DNA of 64,000 nucleotides from Opitutaceae bacterium (GTDB lineage Bacteria; Verrucomicrobiota; Verrucomicrobiia; Opitutales; Opitutaceae): NCBI GenBank assembly GCA_030693515.1, contig JAUYAK010000005.1, positions 3,739 to 67,738 of the forward strand, read 5' to 3'. Shown piece by piece: positions 58,202 to 64,000 of this stretch (position 1 is its first letter; each line of letters starts with the position of its first letter). The notes under the pieces were generated by a model. It saw only the letters and a program-made list of their open reading frames with translations, ran no database searches and was not told where the DNA came from. The position numbers and the translations under genes were made by a program.

Positions 58202-59554
58202 ATGTCCGCTCCTGCTGGCCACGATCCCTACGCGGCGCTCCGCGTGCCGAATTTCCGCGCCTACCTCGCCGGCAGCTTCTTCGCGCTGGTGGGCCGGCAG
58301 GCGGTGGTCACGGCGGCGACCTGGCAGGTCTATCGGTGGACGAACTCGGCGACTGCACTGGGGCTGGTGGGGCTGGTCAACGTGCTGCCGCTGCTCGCGC
58401 TCTCGCTGCCGGCCGGCGAAATCGCCGACCGCCGCGATCGCCGCCGCCTGATCATGCACGGCACCGCGGTGATTGCGGGGCTGAACTTCGCGCTCGCCGC
58501 GCTCACACTGGGCCGCGGCCTCGTGCCCGACTTCGCTCTGCTGCGCTGGGCCAACAGTGCGCTGCAGCACGTCGCGGAGTTTTTTGAGCGCCACGGCGAC
58601 GCCGGCGCGATGCGGTTCGACGAGCCGGCGTTGCCACTCATCTTTGCGCTGCTGCTCGTGCAGGCCTGCGTGCGCATCCTCATCTGGCCCGCCCGCTCGA
58701 GTATCGCGCCGCTGCTCGTGCCGACGCCGACCCTCGGCAATGCGGTAACATGGAGCGCCAGCGCCTTTGAGATTGCGACCGTCGCAGGACCGGCGCTCGG
58801 CGGCTTCCTGATCTGGCTCGCGGAGGTGCCTTCGGTTTACGCACTAGGCTGCGTGCTTGATGTCGTGTTCGTGCTGGCACTGCGCCGCGTGCGCTATGTC
58901 CACCCGCCGCAACCCGCGGCGGGCAAGCGCTCCTGGAGCGATCTGCTGGCCGGTGGGCGTTTCATCTGGCGCCGGAAAGTCATCCTCGGCGCGAGCACCT
59001 TGGACCTTTTCGCGGTCCTGCTGGGTGGCGCGACGGCCCTCCTGCCGGTTTATGCGGATCGTATCTTGCACGTTGGCCCCGTCGGCTTCGGCTGGCTGCG
59101 CGCGGCGCCGTCCATCGGCGCGTTTATCATGGCGATGTGGCTCGCGCACCGTGCGCCGCTGGAGCGGCCCGGACGCGCCCTGCTATGGTCGGTCGCGGGT
59201 TTTGGCGCGGCCATCATCGTCTTTGGATTCTCCACCTGGTTCTGGCTTTCGCTCGTGGCGCTATTTTTCACGGGCGTATTCGACAATGTGAGCGTGGTGG
59301 TGCGCCAGTCGCTCGTGCAACTGCTCACGCCCGACAACCTGCGCGGACGTGTGACCGCGGTGAATCAGATCTTCATCGGCTCCTCCAACGAGATCGGCGC
59401 CTTGCGCGCCGGGCTGATGGGCGCGCTCGTGGGACCGGTCGGCGCGGTGGTGTGGGGCGGCATCGGCACAATCCTCGTGGTGGGCGCGGTGGCGCGCCTC
59501 GCGCCGCAGCTGCGGCACCTGCCGCCGCTGCACACGTTGAAGCCCGACGAGTGA
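58202..59554 (+). CDS. MFS transporter (EntS/MFS_3-like)
   Basis: ATG at 58202. FRAYLAGSFFALVGRQ and multiple TM helices with a C-terminal half typical of the family. Confidence 0.75.
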   Translation: MSAPAGHDPYAALRVPNFRAYLAGSFFALVGRQAVVTAATWQVYRWTNSATALGLVGLVNVLPLLALSLPAGEIADRRDRRRLIMHGTAVIAGLNFALAALTLGRGLVPDFALLRWANSALQHVAEFFERHGDAGAMRFDEPALPLIFALLLVQACVRILIWPARSSIAPLLVPTPTLGNAVTWSASAFEIATVAGPALGGFLIWLAEVPSVYALGCVLDVVFVLALRRVRYVHPPQPAAGKRSWSDLLAGGRFIWRRKVILGASTLDLFAVLLGGATALLPVYADRILHVGPVGFGWLRAAPSIGAFIMAMWLAHRAPLERPGRALLWSVAGFGAAIIVFGFSTWFWLSLVALFFTGVFDNVSVVVRQSLVQLLTPDNLRGRVTAVNQIFIGSSNEIGALRAGLMGALVGPVGAVVWGGIGTILVVGAVARLAPQLRHLPPLHTLKPDE

Positions 59555-59563
59555 GGTTGATTC

Positions 59564-59593
59564 CTGTGGGAGCGAGTAAGCTCGCTCCCACAG
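59564..59593. repeat. REP-like hairpin between convergent genes
   Basis: CTGTGGGAGCGAG-taag-CTCGCTCCCACAG: a perfect 13-bp stem. It shares the TGTGGGAGCGAG motif with the 24241 element. There is no flanking T-tract on either strand. Confidence 0.85.
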
Positions 59594-59610
59594 AAAAGCA
59601 AACCCGCCGC

Positions 59611-61038
59611 TCAGTAGCGGTAGTGCTCGGGCTTGTAGGGACCCTCGACCGGCACGCCGAGATACTCGGCCTGCTCCTTCGTCAGCTTCGTCAGCTTCGC
59701 ACCGATCTTTTCCAAGTGCAGGCGCGCGACTTCCTCGTCGAGGTGCTTGGGCAGGCGATAGACGCCGACCGCGTAGGTGTCCTTGTTCTTCCAGAGATCG
59801 AGTTGAGCGAGCGTCTGGTTGGTGAAACTGTTCGACATCACGAAGGACGGGTGGCCCGTCGCGCAACCAAGGTTCACGAGGCGGCCCTCGGCGAGCATGT
59901 AGATGCTGTTTCCCTTCGGGAAAGTGTAGAGGTCGTATTGCGGCTTGATGTTGATCCGCTTCGCGTCGGACGTGTTGAGGCGGTCGATTTGGATTTCGTT
60001 ATCGAAGTGCCCGATGTTGCAGACGATCGCCTGGTCCTTCATCGCGCGCATGTGCTCGAGCGTGATGATGTCCTTGTTGCCGGTCGTCGTGACGTAGATG
60101 TCGGCGACGCCGAGGGTGGACTCGAGGGTGTTGACCTCGAAGCCTTCCATCGCGGCCTGCAGCGCGTTGATCGGATCAATCTCGGTGACGATGACGCGGG
60201 CGCCAAAGCCTTTCAGCGAAAACGCGGAGCCCTTGCCCACGTCGCCATAGCCGCAGACGCACGCCGTCTTGCCAGCGATCATGACATCGGTGGCGCGCTT
60301 GAGACCATCGGCGAGCGACTCGCGGCAGCCGTAAAGGTTGTCGAATTTCGATTTCGTGACGGAATCGTTCACGTTGATCGCGGGGACGCGCAGTTTGCCC
60401 TTTTCCAGCATCTGGTATAGGCGGTGCACCCCGGTCGTGGTCTCTTCCGAGACGCCGCGCCATTCCTTGGCGATCGTCGTCCAGCGGAGCGGATCCTCTT
60501 TGTGGACGCGCTTGAGGAGATTCTTGATCACCTGCTCCTCGTGGGAGCCGGAGGCCGTGTTGACCCAGTCGCTGCCCTCTTCGAGTTCGCAGCCCTTGTG
60601 AATGAGGAGCGTGACGTCGCCGCCGTCATCGACAACGAGCTGCGGGCCCTTGCCGCCGGGGAAGGTGACGGCCTTGAGCGTGAGGTCCCAGTATTCCTCG
60701 AGCGTCTCGCCCTTCCACGCGAACACGGGCGTGCCGGCCTTGGCAATCGCGGCGGCGGCGTGGTCCTGCGTGGAGAAGATGTTGCACGAGGCCCAGCGCA
60801 CATCGGCGCCGAGTTCCTTGAGCGTCTCGATCAAGACGGCGGTCTGGATCGTCATGTGCAACGAGCCGGTGATGCGGACGCCGGCGAGCGGCTTCTGCGG
60901 ACCGAACTTTTTGCGCACGGACATCAGGCCCGGCATCTCATGCTCGGCGACGGAGATCTCCTTGCGGCCCCAATCGGCGAGGCCGATGTCTTTGACGTGA
61001 TAGTCGGGAGTCTTGCTGGCGGCAGTGGCGGTGGACAT
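59611..61038 (-). CDS. ahcY: adenosylhomocysteinase
   Basis: 475 aa. [16 protein letters not shown]..., the NAD-binding block GYGDVGKG, and the C-terminal ...[10 protein letters not shown] are hallmark SAH hydrolase sequences. Confidence 0.95.
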   Translation of the reverse strand: MSTATAASKTPDYHVKDIGLADWGRKEISVAEHEMPGLMSVRKKFGPQKPLAGVRITGSLHMTIQTAVLIETLKELGADVRWASCNIFSTQDHAAAAIAKAGTPVFAWKGETLEEYWDLTLKAVTFPGGKGPQLVVDDGGDVTLLIHKGCELEEGSDWVNTASGSHEEQVIKNLLKRVHKEDPLRWTTIAKEWRGVSEETTTGVHRLYQMLEKGKLRVPAINVNDSVTKSKFDNLYGCRESLADGLKRATDVMIAGKTACVCGYGDVGKGSAFSLKGFGARVIVTEIDPINALQAAMEGFEVNTLESTLGVADIYVTTTGNKDIITLEHMRAMKDQAIVCNIGHFDNEIQIDRLNTSDAKRINIKPQYDLYTFPKGNSIYMLAEGRLVNLGCATGHPSFVMSNSFTNQTLAQLDLWKNKDTYAVGVYRLPKHLDEEVARLHLEKIGAKLTKLTKEQAEYLGVPVEGPYKPEHYRY

Positions 61039-61057
61039 GTCGAAAATATATTGTGGA

Positions 61058-62278
61058 TTACTTGAGCTTGAGGACGGACTTGAGCGCGGCGGCCTTGGCC
61101 GTGGATTCCCACGGGAGGCCGGTTTTGCCGAAGTGCCCGTAGTTGGTCGTCTCGCGGTAAATCGGCCGGAGGAGATTGAGCGCAGAGACGATGTCGGCGG
61201 GTTTGAAGCTGAAGACCTGCGTCACAGCATCCGTGATCTGCTCATCGGAGATGCCGAGGAGCGCAGTGCCGAACGTCTCGACCCGCACCGACACCGGCTG
61301 TGGATGACCGATGGCGTAGGCGAACTGGATCTCGGCGTGGGTGGCGAGGCCCGCGGCGACGATGTTCTTCGCGACCCAACGGCCCATGTAGGCCGCCGAA
61401 CGGTCGACCTTGGACGGATCTTTGCCGGAGAAGGCGCCGCCACCGTGGCGGCCCCAACCGCCGTAAGTGTCGACAATGATCTTGCGGCCGGTGAGGCCGG
61501 AATCGCCCTGCGGACCGCCAATGACAAAGCGGCCGGTGGGGTTGATGAGATACTCGGTGTTCTTCGTGAGCATCTTCGCCGGGATCACCTTTTTGATCAC
61601 GTGCTCAATGAGATGCTTCTCGATGGTCGCATGTGAGGCGTCGGCGGTGTGCTGCGTCGAGATGACGACGTTCACCACCTCGACGGGCTTGTCGTTCTCG
61701 TAGCGGACCGAGACCTGCGATTTGGCGTCGGGCCGGAGCCAAGCGACTTTGCCGGACTTGCGGATCTTGGTCAGCTCGCGGCCGAGGCGGTGAGCAAACA
61801 TGATTGGGGTCGGCATCAGCTCCGGCGTCTCGGTGCACGCATAGCCGAACATGATGCCCTGATCGCCCGCGCCCTGCTCCGCGGTCTTCTTACCCTTGGC
61901 CGCCTTGGCATCGACGCCTTGGGCGATATCGGCCGACTGCGCCGTGAGATAGTTGTTGATGAACACCGAGTCGGCGTGAAACACGTCGTCATCATTGGTG
62001 TAGCCGATTTCGCGGATGGCATCACGGATGACCTTGCCGAGATTGATGGCCTCCTCGATGGGCTTGGTGCGTCCGGTCTTCTTGTCCTGGAGCTTCGGGA
62101 TGGTGATTTCACCGCCCACCACGACGATGTTGGACTTCACAAAGGTCTCGCAGGCCACGCGGCTGGTCTTGTCGACCGCCAGACACGCATCGAGGACGCT
62201 GTCGGAAATGAGATCGGCGACTTTGTCGGGGTGACCTTCGCCAACAGACTCGGAGGAGAAAACAAATGATTTTGCCAT
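61058..62278 (-). CDS. metK: S-adenosylmethionine synthetase
   Basis: [22 protein letters not shown]..., [12 protein letters not shown] and [22 protein letters not shown] at 62278. The upstream in-frame ATG at 62317 is not supported by the family N-terminus. Confidence 0.95.
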   Translation of the reverse strand: MAKSFVFSSESVGEGHPDKVADLISDSVLDACLAVDKTSRVACETFVKSNIVVVGGEITIPKLQDKKTGRTKPIEEAINLGKVIRDAIREIGYTNDDDVFHADSVFINNYLTAQSADIAQGVDAKAAKGKKTAEQGAGDQGIMFGYACTETPELMPTPIMFAHRLGRELTKIRKSGKVAWLRPDAKSQVSVRYENDKPVEVVNVVISTQHTADASHATIEKHLIEHVIKKVIPAKMLTKNTEYLINPTGRFVIGGPQGDSGLTGRKIIVDTYGGWGRHGGGAFSGKDPSKVDRSAAYMGRWVAKNIVAAGLATHAEIQFAYAIGHPQPVSVRVETFGTALLGISDEQITDAVTQVFSFKPADIVSALNLLRPIYRETTNYGHFGKTGLPWESTAKAAALKSVLKLK

Positions 62279-62451
62279 GGTGAGATAAGGTGGGGAACAG
62301 AACCCATGCACGGCCATCGCCGCAAGTGTAATATCAACATATCCCTATTCAGTGATGCGTGCGGCAGCTACCTAGGATTTACCACGGATTTTACAGATAC
62401 GTAGACAAGTTCATGGTCGGGCGAGCCGTTACCTCTGCGGGATTCTAAGCA

Positions 62452-63582
62452 ATGACCGCAACGCACATCACGCCCACACCCGTCAGTCTTGCCGGCCGCA
62501 AGATCCTAATCGTGGACGACGATCGGCTTAGCATCCGCATCCTCGGAGGCATTTTGAAGACCGACGGTTACGTATGGGCGGAAGCACACACCGGGGAAGG
62601 AGCGATTCAGCGCTACAAGGACTTCGCGCCTGACCTCATCCTGATGGATGTGCTGATGCCCGGAATCGATGGGTTCGAGACCTGCCGCCGACTCAAACAG
62701 GCCTATGGCGAGACGAGCGCCCCGGTGATTTTCATCACCGCCAAGACCGACTCGGACGACGTCGTGAAAGGACTCACCGCAGGCGGAGTCGACTACCTGC
62801 CAAAACCCTTCAAACCGAAGGAAGTGCTCGCGCGTATCCGCTCGCACCTGCACAGCCAGGCGCTGCTTGAGCAGCTTTCCAAGGCCAACGCCGCCAAGAA
62901 CCGTTTCCTCGGCATGGCCGCCCACGATCTGCGCAACCCGCTCGCGTCCATTCGAGGCTTCGCTGAGTTTCTCGCCGAGGGCGCCGGCGGGCCGCTGAAC
63001 GCCGATCAGCTCGAAATGGTCCAGAGCATTCACAGCGCCAGCCAATCCATGCTCGATATGGTTAACGAGCTGCTCGACGTCGCGACGATCGAGGCGGGCG
63101 AACTCAAACTGAACATCGATCAGCACAATCTTCGCGATGTGGTCGCAAAGTCCGTCGCCCTCACGAACATGGAGGCGGCGAAGAAAAAAACGCATATCAC
63201 TTTCGTGCCGCCCGCCGCGCCGATCGCTCCGTATATCGACGCGGCCAAGATGAAGCAGGTCATCGACAATTTGCTGAGCAACGCCGTCAAATACTCCCCG
63301 CCCGGGTCGTCGATCGCCGTCCTCGCTTCAATCGACGAAGCCGCCGGCACCTGCAGCGTGGCCGTGCGCGATCAAGGGCCCGGCATACCCGAGAGCGAGC
63401 GCGACAAGCTCTTCAAGGACTTCGGACGCCTCTCCTCCAAGCCCACGGGCGGCGAAAAGAGCACCGGGCTCGGCCTCGCGATTGTCCGCAAAATCGTCGA
63501 GGCGCACGGCGGCACCATCACCGCCGAAAATCTGCCCGCGCAGGGCTGCGAATTTCGTTTTATAATCCCCCTGACCCAATGA
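62452..63582 (+). CDS. hybrid response-regulator receiver / histidine kinase (REC-HisKA-HATPase_c)
   Basis: REC domain: ILIVDDD...LILMDVLMPGIDG. H-box: FLGMAAHDLRNPL. N, G1 and G2 boxes: LLSNAVKYS, DQGPGI, GTGLGLAI. Confidence 0.9.
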   Translation: MTATHITPTPVSLAGRKILIVDDDRLSIRILGGILKTDGYVWAEAHTGEGAIQRYKDFAPDLILMDVLMPGIDGFETCRRLKQAYGETSAPVIFITAKTDSDDVVKGLTAGGVDYLPKPFKPKEVLARIRSHLHSQALLEQLSKANAAKNRFLGMAAHDLRNPLASIRGFAEFLAEGAGGPLNADQLEMVQSIHSASQSMLDMVNELLDVATIEAGELKLNIDQHNLRDVVAKSVALTNMEAAKKKTHITFVPPAAPIAPYIDAAKMKQVIDNLLSNAVKYSPPGSSIAVLASIDEAAGTCSVAVRDQGPGIPESERDKLFKDFGRLSSKPTGGEKSTGLGLAIVRKIVEAHGGTITAENLPAQGCEFRFIIPLTQ

Positions 63583-63983
63583 CCTTCACCGGCACCATCC
63601 TCGTCGTCGATGACGAGCCTCATATCCGGAAATTCGTAAGCCTCATCCTGAAGCAGCTGGGCCACCGCTCGATTCTGGAAGCCGGCAACGGCGAAGAGGC
63701 CCTCGTCATCTACGAACGGGAGAAACCCGCCCTCGTCCTGATGGATGTCAACATGCCCATCCTCGACGGCATCCAGACTCTCGAACGACTGAAGCAGTTC
63801 GATCCCGAAGCCGTGGTGATCATGCTCACCTCGCTTGTGAATCGCGAGACCATCGAGCGCGCCCTGCACCTTGGCGCGGTGAATTACATCCGCAAGGACA
63901 CCCCGAAAGAAGAGATCGGCGAGGCCCTGCGCGAGACGATTGCCGACTGTTTCGGCGAGGAAACCAAACCTACCAGCCCATGA
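63579..63983 (+). CDS. single-domain response regulator (CheY-like)
   Basis: ATGA overlap with the kinase. ILVVDDE...LVLMDVNMPILDG...K at the conserved position. Confidence 0.88.
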   Translation: MTFTGTILVVDDEPHIRKFVSLILKQLGHRSILEAGNGEEALVIYEREKPALVLMDVNMPILDGIQTLERLKQFDPEAVVIMLTSLVNRETIERALHLGAVNYIRKDTPKEEIGEALRETIADCFGEETKPTSP

Positions 63984-64000
63984 GCAAATCAGCCGCCGGC
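63980..64000 (+). CDS. start of a further ORF truncated by the window end
   Basis: ATGA overlap (ATG at 63980) with the response regulator stop. Only 7 codons are visible. Confidence 0.25.

Noticed and set aside
55766-58594. 942-codon antisense ORF opposite the IorB-like gene. Similar long antisense or out-of-frame ORFs occur at 16498-18483, 2037-3317, 7408-8751, 10283-11593, 11703-13124, 19530-20906, 21829-24423, 24140-27256, 35444-37126 and 53470-55281.
   Set aside because: These are typical high-GC artefacts. They have Arg/Ala/Gly/Pro-rich composition and no recognisable motifs. Each lies opposite or out of frame to an ORF with strong family signatures.
62279-62451. SAM-I, SAM-II or SAH riboswitch upstream of metK
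   Set aside because: Reading the - strand, I could not find the conserved cores (e.g. the SAM-I GAGGGA…GCCC…GCAACC elements, or the SAH GAGGAGCGCUGCGAC-like core). I kept it only as a low-interest region to scan with covariance models.
1-64000. CRISPR arrays, rRNA genes, additional tRNAs
   Set aside because: No regularly spaced 25-40-bp direct repeats, no rRNA-like conserved stretches and no other cloverleaf-compatible segment were noticed. Only the tRNA-Gln at 41509-41582 folds convincingly.

Overview
High-GC (roughly two-thirds G+C by eye) bacterial chromosomal segment. The gene content points to the PVC superphylum, most likely Verrucomicrobiota/Opitutales-like: a DUF1592-type protein, a PVC-type CxxCH heme-binding protein, many Cys-type sulfatases and a MoxR/DUF58/BatA operon. 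This taxonomy is an inference, not a search result.

Layout:
- 1-18 kb, + strand: a sulfated-glycan utilisation-like cluster with six formylglycine-type sulfatases, a TonB-dependent receptor, an esterase, a TIM-barrel isomerase/epimerase and an SDR.
- 18-21 kb, - strand: adenine deaminase and a secreted nucleosidase-like protein.
- 20.9-36.9 kb, - strand: one long, translationally coupled nine-gene operon. Order is TPR/peptidase-MA, two tandem DUF4159 genes, MoxR AAA+, DUF58, BatA-N/VWA, a DUF4175-like giant low-complexity protein, a GATase1-like membrane protein, and a caspase-like-fold secreted protein.
- 37.0-41.5 kb: a lower-GC three-gene islet abutting the 3' end of tRNA-Gln(UUG). It holds an autoinhibited Fic AMPylase, an AEP primase-polymerase fused to an SF2 helicase and interrupted by one in-frame TAG, and a small conserved protein. 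This is my best candidate for a poorly described conflict or mobile system.
- 41.6-64 kb: housekeeping and transport genes. These are a PQQ-like propeller, two MFS transporters, a MacB/FtsX-type ABC pair, a PVC heme-binding protein, a CPBP-ProA fused ORF, IorAB-like molybdoenzyme, ahcY-metK, and a two-component pair.

Non-coding structure worth attention:
- A MITE-like element with terminal inverted repeats and a 10-bp flanking direct repeat.
- A REP-like palindrome family (core GCGAGCTTGCTCGC / TGTGGGAGCGAG) at three loci.
- Short tandem repeats in the only large gap upstream of moxR.
- One textbook intrinsic terminator.

No rRNA, CRISPR array, integrase or transposase gene was seen.
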